Positions 9,375 through 18,651 of a stretch of 64,000 bases of DNA are shown piece by piece. The DNA comes from an uncultured Gemmatimonadaceae bacterium (GTDB taxonomy: Bacteria > Gemmatimonadota > Gemmatimonadetes > Gemmatimonadales > Gemmatimonadaceae), in assembly GCA_963740355.1 (NCBI GenBank), contig CAVUDW010000003.1, positions 928,001 to 992,000 on the forward strand, in the 5' to 3' direction. A program made the position numbers and the translations under genes. Within the stretch, counting starts at the first letter, position 1; each line of letters starts with the position of its first letter. The notes under the pieces were generated by a model that did not search any database, was not told where the DNA came from, and saw nothing but the letters and a program-made list of their open reading frames with translations.

Positions 9375-11561
9375 ATGCAGACGACCGTATTGCGCTCGCT
9401 CCTGACCACCCTCCTCGTCGCCTCGCCGCTCCTGGCACAGCCCACGGCCGTCCCTGAGCCGTCGGCCGAGACGAGGCGCCATGTGACGGCACGCCGGGCG
9501 ATCGGCAAGATCACGATCGATGGTCGGCTGGACGAAGCCGACTGGGCCCGGGCGCCGATCGGAACGGACTTCGTGCAGACGAAGCCGAACTACATCCCGA
9601 GCACCAAGTATCCGACCGAATTTCGCGTCCTCTTCGACGACGAGTACCTCTACATCGGTGGCTTCAATCGAGACAGCGCCGGCCTGTCCCAGATGCGGCT
9701 CCCGGATCTGCGCCGCGATTTCGAGCCACCGGAGTCCGATGATTTCGCCATCACCCTCGGTCCCCTTGGCGATCATCGCACGGCCTATCAGTTCCACGTC
9801 ACGCCACTCGGCTCGCAAGGCGAAGTGCAGGCCTTCGACGGTGGCGACGCGTACAACTTCAACTGGGATGCCGTCTGGCGCACGCGCACCACACGCGCCG
9901 ATTCCGGCTGGGTGGCCGAGGTGGCGATTCCGTGGCGTTCACTGCGATACGCGCGCGGGTTGACGACGTGGGACCTGAACGTGATTCGCAGTACCAGACG
10001 CGCCGGTCAGTTCAGCGCCTGGATGCCCTACCCTCGTCAATTTTCGTCGTGGCGTCTGACGTACGCCGGCGCGCTCGACTCGATCCAGCCGCCGACACCG
10101 CGCACCAACATTCGCATCCGTCCCTACGCGCTTGGCTCGGCCCAGAAGGATCGCACGCCGGGTGCCAACAACGCGACGACCGGCGACATCGGCGGTGAGA
10201 TCATCTGGGCGCCGTCGGCCAACACGTTGCTCGAAGCCACCGTGAACACCGACTTCGCACAGGCGGATGTCGATCGACAGGTCGTGAACCTGACGCGCTT
10301 CAGCGTGTTCTTCCCGGAGCGTCGCCAGTTCTTCCTCGAGAACGCCGACCTGCTCACCGCGGGTGGGTTGGGCGCAACGTCACGCTACATCGTGCAGCCG
10401 TTCTTCACGCGACGCATTGGCTTGGGCGACGATGGCACGTTGTTGCCGATCGACGGTGGCGCACGTTTCGCGTACCGCACGGGCCGCACGACGGCGGGTG
10501 TGCTGGCGATGCGGCAGCGCGGTGTGGGTTCCGCCGAGGATGCGACGTTCGCCGTGGCACGCGGCAGCCAGTTCTTCGGCAAGGCGACGCGTGTTGGCGC
10601 AACTGTGGCCATTCGCGATGCCGCGTCATCGTCAGGCGACAATGTCGTCACGGCAGTCGACGCGTTGGCACGACTGGGTGAGCTTGTGCAGTTCACCGGC
10701 ACCGTATCGACGTCGACGCGTGACAACCGCACCGATCTCGCGAGCACCTGGCAGTTCACGCGCACCACGCAGCGCAGCGCGACCGGATTGATCGGCGCGT
10801 GGGTCACCGAGCGATACGACCCGCTCACCGGATTCGTGTCGCGCCCGAACGTGATCCTCACCAATCCCAGCTACAACTACACTTTCCAGCCCAAGTGGCT
10901 GCCAGCGTCGATGATCTGGCTCAAGCCAGGGATCGCGACCTACCTGTACCACTCGCCCGAGAACTACGCGCTGCAGGAGGGATTGACGCAGGTGCGTGGC
11001 GAGGTGCTCTATCGCAATGGTGCCACGCTGGTGCCATTCGTCGAGTCGAACCTGCAACGACCTTCGACGACCGTCGATCTGTTGCCCGGTGTCCAGATCG
11101 CCCCCGGTTCGCACGACTACATGCGCTACGGTCTCGAAGGCAAAAGCGACCAGAGTGCGAAAGTCTCGACGACGGCGAACCTGTCGACCGGCACCTTCTT
11201 CGACGGCCGTCTCGATCGCGCCGCAGTGGGGCTGCGGTATGCGCCATCGCCGTATGTGGCGATGCGTGCCGACTACGAGGTGAACCGGCTGCGCAGCATT
11301 GGTACGCGTGACAGCAACTTCGTCACGCATCTGGTGGCGCCGGAACTGCGGGTGTTCCTCAATCCGCGGGTGCAGTGGAGCGCGTTCTACCAGTACAACA
11401 CGATTCAGCAGCGTGGGGCGCTGAATGCCCGGTTCAGCTGGGAGTTTGCGCCGTTGTCGTTTTTGTATGTGGTGTACAATGACCGGCAGGCGATCCTCGA
11501 TGGGACGTCGCCGTCGGCGAGGTCGGTGATTGTGAAGTTGAGTTGGTTGCGGCAGATCTAG
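9375..11561 (+). CDS. CBM9-like + DUF5916 domain exported protein (probable outer-membrane barrel)
   Basis: Signal peptide, ITIDGRLDEADW, NTDFAQADVDRQVVNLTRFSVFFPERRQFFLEN, PFFTRRIGL, C-terminal VKLSWL. Confidence 0.85.
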   Translation: MQTTVLRSLLTTLLVASPLLAQPTAVPEPSAETRRHVTARRAIGKITIDGRLDEADWARAPIGTDFVQTKPNYIPSTKYPTEFRVLFDDEYLYIGGFNRDSAGLSQMRLPDLRRDFEPPESDDFAITLGPLGDHRTAYQFHVTPLGSQGEVQAFDGGDAYNFNWDAVWRTRTTRADSGWVAEVAIPWRSLRYARGLTTWDLNVIRSTRRAGQFSAWMPYPRQFSSWRLTYAGALDSIQPPTPRTNIRIRPYALGSAQKDRTPGANNATTGDIGGEIIWAPSANTLLEATVNTDFAQADVDRQVVNLTRFSVFFPERRQFFLENADLLTAGGLGATSRYIVQPFFTRRIGLGDDGTLLPIDGGARFAYRTGRTTAGVLAMRQRGVGSAEDATFAVARGSQFFGKATRVGATVAIRDAASSSGDNVVTAVDALARLGELVQFTGTVSTSTRDNRTDLASTWQFTRTTQRSATGLIGAWVTERYDPLTGFVSRPNVILTNPSYNYTFQPKWLPASMIWLKPGIATYLYHSPENYALQEGLTQVRGEVLYRNGATLVPFVESNLQRPSTTVDLLPGVQIAPGSHDYMRYGLEGKSDQSAKVSTTANLSTGTFFDGRLDRAAVGLRYAPSPYVAMRADYEVNRLRSIGTRDSNFVTHLVAPELRVFLNPRVQWSAFYQYNTIQQRGALNARFSWEFAPLSFLYVVYNDRQAILDGTSPSARSVIVKLSWLRQI

Positions 11562-11648
11562 GTTCAACGGGCGCCCCGCACACGATCGACGGCGATCCAC
11601 TCGACGTCCGCCGCTGGCTTCGTCACAGGTGGGCGTTAGTGTGGGAAG

Positions 11649-14600
11649 ATGGACAGCTCTCCCAACGACCGGCGTGCGCTAGTTCGACATGCGGTTCTGC
11701 GCTTTGCGCGCGGCGCCTGTGCGAGCGCGGCAATTGCCGCTTGCAGCGCATCGGCCGCGGCGCCACATGTCGGCGTGCAATCACCCGCCATGCAGGCGAT
11801 TGCCGAGGCATGGCGGGGCTACCCTGCACTTTCGTTACAATCCGCGCCCGCGTGTAGTGCAGCGACGACAGCGATTCCACAGGTCTCGTGCGGCACTCGA
11901 CCGCCGATTGACGGGCCCAAACTCGCCGCGCTGACGGCGCTCGCCGGTACCACCGCCACCGCCGGCTCGGCCCAGACCACGGGTGTTCGCTCGACACGGG
12001 ACATGCATCAGCTGGCACTGATCGACCTCGGGATCACTCCAGAGGACCGAGCGTCGATGGATCGCGCGGTCAATGCACTAGATGAAGCTGCCGCGCGAAC
12101 CGATGCCTCCGGCGACGTGTTGATCGATCACGCGGCCGCCCATCTCCAGCGGTACGCGACAGCACACGCCATCGCCGACGTGTTGACGGCACTCGAGTCG
12201 TCCCGGAAGTCCGTTGGATTGCTACCGGACCGTTGGCAGGCGTGCTGGAATCACGCGCTCGCCATGACATGGGCCGGCATGCAGCTCTCGAGCGCGCGCG
12301 AGTGGAAGCGATGCGGCACACTCGCGGGACTACGGCCGGAAGTAGTCCGGATCGCGACGACTGCGAATCCAGCGCCAGCGACCACCCCAGAAGCGACGCG
12401 TGATTACACGTGGACCGAGGCACTGCCTCAATGGGCGCGGGCCGCAGTGGCTCTCGACAGTGGACCAGTCGATACAGTCCGGTTGCGCCGGCAGCAACTC
12501 ACCTTGGACTCGCTGACTGTCCAGATCGAGCGAGTGGGCTCGGACTTCAGCGTGGCAGCAGTGACGCAGGATATTCAGCGTGCCACGAGCCGCCGCGATA
12601 CGGCGCGCGCTCGACAGATCGCACGGGCAGTTCTGCACTACGTCCGTTCCCGATCTGCCACTGGCGTCCAGAATCCGATCGCCGCACTGGCTTGGCTCGA
12701 TTCCGCCGCACGAATCGTCGGACCGAATAGCGCCCTGCGTCCGTGGATTGAGCTGGAGCGCGGCAATCGCATGCTGGTGACGGGTCCGACTCGTCAAGCG
12801 CTGGCGACATTCCAACGCCTCGCTGCGGTCAAAGGGCGCCGATCTGAACTCTTTTACCTGCGGGCGCGCTACGGTGCGGCGCTGTCGCTCGGCTCACTGG
12901 GTCAGACGGCCGAGGCGGTGCAGTCGCTCGCGCGGATCGAGGCTGGTTGTCAACACGAGGGCTACGCGCAGTGTGCGCTCGGTGCCAGCGCCATGGCGGC
13001 GCAGTATTCGACGCTGCTCGGCGATATCGACGAGACAGAACGCATCGCGGTGCGCACCCTCGCGCACCTGACCAATGCGCCACGAAATCAATCTCACTGG
13101 AGCTCCGCATTTTTGCTTCGCAAGGTCGCAGAGCTTCGTCGCCTTCCATTGGCGGCGGAAGGCCTCGATGCCGAGGCGATCGAGATTTCCGATAGCCTGC
13201 ATCGACCGGATCTCGCGAACCAGCTGGCGTTCGAGCGGGCGCGAAGTGCGATCGAACGCGACGATCCGCGCCGCTCAGCACGGCTCGTCACCGAACTCCG
13301 GACTCGATGGTATCCGCGACAAAGCGCAGAAGATCAGGCGTGGGCCTTGGTCGACCTGATGCATCTGGAGGGCGATGCCCTTCGAACCAGCAATCCGGCA
13401 GCGAGTATCCGTATCCTCAACTCTGCCCTTGGGCTCGCGTCGCACGACGAGAACGAGACACGCAGCACGCCGATCCGCTTCGCTCGCGCGAGGTCGCGAC
13501 TGGCGGGCGGTGATACCGCCGCGGCCCTGGCAGAACTGGATCAGATCGTTCGGCGCATCCGCTTGCGCGGCGGGCCGCGGCTGACGGTCTTTGAATCGGC
13601 GCGGCTGACACGAGTGTTGGAGGGCGTCGCGAACGCCAGCGCACGCGTGCTGCGAGCGCGTGGTGATGCGCTGGGGGCGCTTCATGCGCTGAGCGGACGC
13701 CCGTTCCTCGACGGCACTGCGTCGGCGTGCTGCGGCGCGCAGCAGGGTGCTCCACTTGCCGTCCGTATCCTCGGCGACTCGGCGTGGATCTGGACTCGCC
13801 GTGATGACAAGTGGCGGCTCGACGTGCGATACCTGCCAGGTCATGTGCTGAACGGCGCTGCGTCGCTGGACGATCAGAGTCTGGCGCAGCTACGCCAGAC
13901 TCTGATCGCGCCACTGGTCGCGGGTGGGAATGTGGCCGCGTTGTGCATCGACGCGCGCGGCACGGCGGCGGAGATCCCGTGGGCTGCGCTGCGGGATGCG
14001 AGGACCCGGCGGTACCTGGTTGAGGATATCGAGCTGCACTTGCTCGACGATGTGTCGGCAGGCTGTCCGGTGGCAGCGCCGGTCGCGCAATTCGCGAACG
14101 TGGTGTTGGTCGATGCCGCGCGACTCACGGGAGCGCACGCGCTTCCTGCTGCGAAGCGTGAAATCGCGGAGCTCGGTCGTCTGTGGGCGGGAGCGGCTCG
14201 CGTGGTTGATGCGACACGCGGAAGTGCGGTCACGCTGCGCGCCATGTCACGCGCTGGGCTGGTTCACTTCGCAGGCCACGCGGTGCTCGATCGCGGCCGC
14301 TCGGACTACTCGTATCTGGCGTTGCCTACCGCGTCCGACTCAATGATTCGTGGCGACGCCATCGCGCGCAGCCGGTTCCAGTCGGCTCCGGTGGTGGTGT
14401 TGGGTGCCTGTGAGACCAGCCGGCGTGAGAGCGGCGCGCTGGACGGCTTCAACTCAGTGGCTGGCGCGTTCCTCGATGCGGGCGCGCGGGCCGTGATCGG
14501 TGCGGCATGGCCGGTGGATGATGCCCCGACGGCGCAGTTGATGTTGGCGTTGCATCAGGCGCTGCGGCGGAAATTGCCTCCCGCTGCCGCGCTGCGGCTG

Positions 14601-14699
14601 GCGCAGTTGATGGCGATTCAGTCGTCCGATCCAACGCTTAATTCACCCAGGGTGTGGGCGGCATTCTCGGTCATGGGGAGTGGAGGGCGAGGGCGATGA
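11649..14699 (+). CDS. CHAT-domain (caspase-like) protease with helical/TPR-like N-terminus
   Basis: C-terminal VHFAGHA and VVLGACET (His/Cys dyad), AFLDAGARAVIGAAWPVDD, PAAALRLAQ, WAAF. Confidence 0.85.
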   Translation: MDSSPNDRRALVRHAVLRFARGACASAAIAACSASAAAPHVGVQSPAMQAIAEAWRGYPALSLQSAPACSAATTAIPQVSCGTRPPIDGPKLAALTALAGTTATAGSAQTTGVRSTRDMHQLALIDLGITPEDRASMDRAVNALDEAAARTDASGDVLIDHAAAHLQRYATAHAIADVLTALESSRKSVGLLPDRWQACWNHALAMTWAGMQLSSAREWKRCGTLAGLRPEVVRIATTANPAPATTPEATRDYTWTEALPQWARAAVALDSGPVDTVRLRRQQLTLDSLTVQIERVGSDFSVAAVTQDIQRATSRRDTARARQIARAVLHYVRSRSATGVQNPIAALAWLDSAARIVGPNSALRPWIELERGNRMLVTGPTRQALATFQRLAAVKGRRSELFYLRARYGAALSLGSLGQTAEAVQSLARIEAGCQHEGYAQCALGASAMAAQYSTLLGDIDETERIAVRTLAHLTNAPRNQSHWSSAFLLRKVAELRRLPLAAEGLDAEAIEISDSLHRPDLANQLAFERARSAIERDDPRRSARLVTELRTRWYPRQSAEDQAWALVDLMHLEGDALRTSNPAASIRILNSALGLASHDENETRSTPIRFARARSRLAGGDTAAALAELDQIVRRIRLRGGPRLTVFESARLTRVLEGVANASARVLRARGDALGALHALSGRPFLDGTASACCGAQQGAPLAVRILGDSAWIWTRRDDKWRLDVRYLPGHVLNGAASLDDQSLAQLRQTLIAPLVAGGNVAALCIDARGTAAEIPWAALRDARTRRYLVEDIELHLLDDVSAGCPVAAPVAQFANVVLVDAARLTGAHALPAAKREIAELGRLWAGAARVVDATRGSAVTLRAMSRAGLVHFAGHAVLDRGRSDYSYLALPTASDSMIRGDAIARSRFQSAPVVVLGACETSRRESGALDGFNSVAGAFLDAGARAVIGAAWPVDDAPTAQLMLALHQALRRKLPPAAALRLAQLMAIQSSDPTLNSPRVWAAFSVMGSGGRGR

Positions 14700-14851
14700 C
14701 GATTGGGCGCTGCGGCATCAAGTGAGATCCCCCATCATTTGATTGAGTAGCGCATCCGACTTCGCAACATTCGTCTCGCTGCAGATGCGAAGCGTATTCA
14801 CGTGCAGAAATAAGCAAGCCATGTTGCGGCGATTCGCCAGTCGCGGGCTGG

Positions 14852-15508
14852 TCAGAGGCTGGGGGTTCGTGTCGTTGGTATGGCGCCAGATGATTTTGCG
14901 CCTCGCCGTTTGACGAAGACGACGAGCAGGCCAATCGCACAACAGACGAGCGACAGCCCCTCGGGCTCCGGCACCACGTCCTGCACCACCACCCAGTCGA
15001 AGTCGTAGCGCGCCGTGCTGTAGTTCCACGGACCGATCGGAAGATCGTAATGATTGGTCGCGCGAGCCGTGCCACTGCCAGCGATGCGGAATTCGAAGAA
15101 CTCAGTTGGCCGCCTGATGTCACTCCACCGGAGAATGCCGGTCATCGTGATGGGGACCGGCCCCCACGTCGTCGTCCACGAGCGACCGGCGCAGGCGTCG
15201 GCACTGCAATCCGCAACGGCGGACGTGGCAGGTCCGAAAAAACTGAATTGTGCGCGATACGCGGTGAATCCGCGGAACGCAAACGGTAGATTTTCTGGTG
15301 TCGCGGAGAAATCAAACGTACAGCTCCCCGTGCAGTTGCCCGGGCCGACGCGCGAATTGCCTAGGTCGGTAGTGCCGACATCGCCGAGCCCCCAACTCAC
15401 CTGTCCGTTCTCGGCAACCAGACTCTCGAAGAATCCAGCCTGCGCAGGAATGTCGGCGCCGCCAAGGGACAGCGCGAGGAGAAGGTTCGCGAAGATGTTC
15501 AGGTCCAT
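14852..15508 (-). CDS. PEP-CTERM sorting-domain surface protein
   Basis: C-terminal VPEP + hydrophobic helix + KRR (VPEPEGLSLVCCAIGLLVVFVKRR); N-terminal hydrophobic stretch ending in AQA. Confidence 0.7.
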   Translation of the reverse strand: MDLNIFANLLLALSLGGADIPAQAGFFESLVAENGQVSWGLGDVGTTDLGNSRVGPGNCTGSCTFDFSATPENLPFAFRGFTAYRAQFSFFGPATSAVADCSADACAGRSWTTTWGPVPITMTGILRWSDIRRPTEFFEFRIAGSGTARATNHYDLPIGPWNYSTARYDFDWVVVQDVVPEPEGLSLVCCAIGLLVVFVKRRGAKSSGAIPTTRTPSL

Positions 15509-15840
15509 GTCGTCGACCGATGAGAGAATCTGCTGTGGAGCGACGCGATGCTACACGGACCTTACACGACGGTGCGCCGTTGCGAAGTCGGGAAAGCGAC
15601 TACGTACAATGCGCATCATTGATGGAACGGGGCGAGGTGCGCTTGGCGCGAGCAGCTTCAGCCATGGGATGTCATGGTCACCGTATGGCGGCCTACATCA
15701 TCTCGTCGTATCGAAGTCGGCATCCTGCAGTTGAGGCGCGTGAGTGACGGCACTTCGCGCCCGCTGTTCGCGGGGACCTATACGCACGGATCGTTGGATG
15801 GCCTCGTCAGCCAGAGTGTCGCTACCACGTTCGGCCGGAA

Positions 15841-15875
15841 ATGAAAAACGCCACCCCGGTATGCAGGGCGGCGTA
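15841..15875 (-). terminator. Rho-independent terminator after tRNA-Gly
   Basis: Minus strand ACGCCGCCCTGCATACCGGGGTGGCGT followed by TTTTCAT. Confidence 0.6.
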
Positions 15876-15905
15876 GATCTGATGCGATCGCATTTCATTC
15901 GAACA

Positions 15906-15978
15906 AGCGGGAGACGGGACTCGAACCCGCGACCTTCAGCTTGGGAAGCTGACACTCTACCAACTGAGTTACTCCCGC
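15906..15978 (-). tRNA. tRNA-Gly(CCC)
   Basis: GCGGGAG acceptor stem, TCAGC-TT-CCC-AA-GCTGA anticodon arm, GTTCGAG T-loop. Confidence 0.96.
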
Positions 15979-16077
15979 AGAACCACATCACCACCACGAA
16001 CCCGTACACTCGACTGCAATCCTACCGCGCACCCTGCCGCCTCGCAACCAAGCGGACGACAGCCTCCGCACTGCAAT

Positions 16078-16590
16078 CTAGCGTCGGCGGCTGCCCTGCA
16101 CACGTACCGCCGCCGTCCCGCCATACCCCGTAAGCCCTCGTTCCCGCACCAGAGCCACGACTGGGGTCCGATTCAGTGCCGACGCCACGCGATCGAATGT
16201 CTCGAGCGTCGGATTCGCCCCGCTCCGCTCCAACTTCGCCACGGATTTCGGCGACATCCCCAGCCGCTGAGCCAGATCGGCCTGCGTCAGCCCCTCCTCG
16301 GTCCGGGCTCGGCGAAGCATGATGCGCAACGCGGTCGCCGTCGGAATCACTGGGACCCGAATCGCGCGAGACCCGCGCGGCGCTCGCCTGGCCGGGCCAG
16401 GCTCCATTACCACTCCCCCGGCATCAAGCGTCGCCTCGAGCCAACCAGCCAGCGCTTCGGTCGCCATGGGCAGGAGCCGCTCGATACTCTCGACCTGCGT
16501 CACGCATCCCGGCGCGTCCGGGAACGTCACCACGAATGCACCATCGTCTGGTGTCACGATTGCGGGATAGAACACCGGAGGGCCCTCCAT
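16078..16590 (-). CDS. hicB: HicB family antitoxin with C-terminal XRE HTH
   Basis: YPAIV..DDGAFVVTFPDAPGCVTQ; GLTQADLAQRLG...KLERSGANPTLET; directly downstream of hicA. Confidence 0.9.
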   Translation of the reverse strand: MEGPPVFYPAIVTPDDGAFVVTFPDAPGCVTQVESIERLLPMATEALAGWLEATLDAGGVVMEPGPARRAPRGSRAIRVPVIPTATALRIMLRRARTEEGLTQADLAQRLGMSPKSVAKLERSGANPTLETFDRVASALNRTPVVALVRERGLTGYGGTAAVRVQGSRRR

Positions 16591-16591
16591 C

Positions 16592-16777
16592 TCAGAATCG
16601 AATGCCGGACTGTCGTTCGATCGATTTCAGCGTTCCCTTGCGCAGATCCTTGACCGGATGCGGCACGGTCACGGTTCCAGGTTTTGTCGCATGCTGAAAA
16701 TGGTGGTGCGATCCTTTGACGCGAACCTCGCGCCAACCGTCAGCGCGAAGCGCATTGATCACGTCGCGCGAGTGCAT
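16592..16777 (-). CDS. hicA: HicA family toxin (mRNA interferase)
   Basis: 61 aa; DGWREVRVKGSHHHFQH..KPGTVTVPHP.KDL.KGTLKSI. Confidence 0.93.
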   Translation of the reverse strand: MHSRDVINALRADGWREVRVKGSHHHFQHATKPGTVTVPHPVKDLRKGTLKSIERQSGIRF

Positions 16778-16923
16778 GATACAACACTTTCTTGCACGTG
16801 ACATCGGGCAATGTCGCGCGCAAGCGCCATCATGCGCGACGTAGCAAAACCACGCACACACAAACGACAAACGCCCCGGCATGGCCGAGGCGCGCTTGTC
16901 ATTCCGTCATCCAACACGTCCAG

Positions 16924-16995
16924 AGCCACAGAAGGGGATTGAACCCTTGACCGCTCGATTACGAATCGAGTGCTCTACCACTGAGCTACTGTGGC
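16924..16995 (-). tRNA. tRNA-Thr(CGT)
   Basis: GCCACAG stem, CTCGA-TT-CGT-AA-TCGAG anticodon arm. Confidence 0.95.
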
Positions 16996-17026
16996 AGGTC
17001 CCTCATAAAGACCGAGGAAACCACAA

Positions 17027-17108
17027 TGCCCTGACGCGGACTCGAACCGCGACGCCTTGCGGCACCACCCCCTCAAGATGGCGTGTCTACCAATTTCACC
17101 ACCAGGGC
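17027..17108 (-). tRNA. tRNA-Leu(GAG)
   Basis: GCCCTGG stem, CCATC-TT-GAG-GG-GGTGG anticodon arm, long variable arm. Confidence 0.95.
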
Positions 17109-17157
17109 GTCCCAACCCACGAATCCCTTTCCTGCGACGTATCTCCCAAACTTCCAA

Positions 17158-17231
17158 CGGGGCCGACGGGGCTCGAACCCGCGACCTCCGCAGTGACAGT
17201 GCGGCACTCTAACCGACTGAGCTACGGCCCC
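17158..17231 (-). tRNA. tRNA-Asp(GTC)
   Basis: GGGGCCG stem, CCGCA-CT-GTC-AC-TGCGG. Confidence 0.95.
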
Positions 17232-17329
17232 AATTGTTGTCCTCCACCCGCACCTGCTCCTGCACCACCCAGGACAGCGGACTTTTAATCCGACAGTCGC
17301 CATCCCGCCCCACACCTTCACCCGCAACG

Positions 17330-17401
17330 TAGCGCGTACGGGAATCGAACCCGTCTCTGGACCTTGAAAGGGTCCCGTCCTAACCGATAGACGAACGCGC
17401 C
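17330..17401 (-). tRNA. tRNA-Glu(TTC)
   Basis: GGCGCGT stem, GGACC-CT-TTC-AA-GGTCC. Confidence 0.95.
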
Positions 17402-17478
17402 TCAGGCCAGAATCCCTACTCCACCGGCCACACTCCCAACACCCACACCGCCTCTCCCGCCGCGGCTACTCCACTCCA

Positions 17479-17551
17479 TAGCGCTAACGGGATTCGAACC
17501 CGTGTTCCAGCCTTGAGAGGGCCGTGTCCTAGTCCCCTAGACGATAGCGCC
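17479..17551 (-). tRNA. tRNA-Glu(CTC)
   Basis: GGCGCTA stem, CGGCC-CT-CTC-AA-GGCTG. Confidence 0.95.
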
Positions 17552-17597
17552 GTCGTCGAACAGTTGTCCTACTCCAGCACCACCACTGCACTTCTCA

Positions 17598-17670
17598 CAG
17601 GCCCGGCAGGAATCGAACCTGCAACCCCCGGTTTTGGAGACCGGTGCTCTACCAATTGAGCTACGGACCT
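17598..17670 (-). tRNA. tRNA-Trp(CCA)
   Basis: AGGTCCG stem, CCGGT-CT-CCA-AA-ACCGG. Confidence 0.95.
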
Positions 17671-17734
17671 ACACCGTGATTCCCGCTTCGTCCTCGCAGT
17701 GTCGACCCCAAAACCTCCGAGGCCCACACCGCAG

Positions 17735-17809
17735 GGTGCCTGACGGGGATTGAACCCGCAACCCCCGGAACCACAATCCGGTGCTCTAACCAATTGAGCT
17801 ACAGGCACC
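17735..17809 (-). tRNA. tRNA-His(GTG)
   Basis: G-1 plus GTGCCTG stem, CCGGA-TT-GTG-GT-TCCGG. Confidence 0.95.
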
Positions 17810-17947
17810 ATGCCACCCTGCATACGGCAGACACCCAAAATAGACCAACCGGACCGCAGCTTCAAGGGCTTTTCAAAAACGAACACGACAGCGAACCCGG
17901 TCAGGGAGCGATTGTCAGGCTGATCGCCCAACAATCACTCCTGAATT

Positions 17948-18514
17948 TCAATCCTTGGCTCTCTCGAGATAATCACCGGTTCGCGGATCCACGCGCACCC
18001 GCTCGCCGACGCTCAAGTACTCGGGCACGTTCACCGTCACACCATTATCCAGCTTCGCCGGCTTCTGGCTCGCCGACTTCGTCGCCGTCTTCATCACCGG
18101 CGCCGTATCGACGATCTCGAACACCATCGAATTCGGCAGCTCGATGCCGATCGGCTTTCCGTTGTAATACTCCGCCATGATCTTCATGCCAGGCTGCATC
18201 CACTGCGCATTGTCGCCCAGCATCTCCTCATCCATCTCGAGCTGGTCGTAGTCGCTGGACTTCATGAAGTAGTACGTGCCAGTCGACTCATACAGGAACT
18301 CGAGATCGTGCGTCTCCATCATCGCCTTCTCGATGGCATCCGCCGCACGGAAACGATGCTCGAAGTTCGAACCGGTGCGAAGGTTCTTCATCTTCGTCTG
18401 CACCATCGCGCGCAGGTTGCCAGGCGTGTGATGACGGAACTCGATCACGCGGCAGGGGTCGCCCTCCATCACGATCACCATCCCGCGACGAAGCTGCGTA
18501 GCCGGAACTGCCAT
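17948..18514 (-). CDS. efp: Elongation factor P
   Basis: 188 aa; LRRGMVI, TPGNLRAMVQTKM, KPAKLDNG..VNVPEYL..GE.VRVD.RTGDYLER. Confidence 0.95.
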   Translation of the reverse strand: MAVPATQLRRGMVIVMEGDPCRVIEFRHHTPGNLRAMVQTKMKNLRTGSNFEHRFRAADAIEKAMMETHDLEFLYESTGTYYFMKSSDYDQLEMDEEMLGDNAQWMQPGMKIMAEYYNGKPIGIELPNSMVFEIVDTAPVMKTATKSASQKPAKLDNGVTVNVPEYLSVGERVRVDPRTGDYLERAKD

Positions 18515-18651
18515 ATCAGTACATCCTCAACTCTGGGGGTCTGTGTATTGAACAGCCTAGAAATATAGCCAGCCCAGCCCGCCGCCACGAGCCCCAACGG
18601 GCGCCGCGGGGCCCAATGAGCCGCTGAGACGGGGGACCCTGGGCCGCGCAG

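Noticed and set aside
14718..14822. 34-aa ORF between the CHAT and PEP-CTERM genes as a protease substrate
   Set aside because: No RBS or recognisable features; cannot be supported.
11562..16900. Prophage or integrative element
   Set aside because: No integrase, transposase, phage genes or att repeat seen.
16881..17934. ORFs across the tRNA cluster
   Set aside because: They overlap clear tRNA genes.
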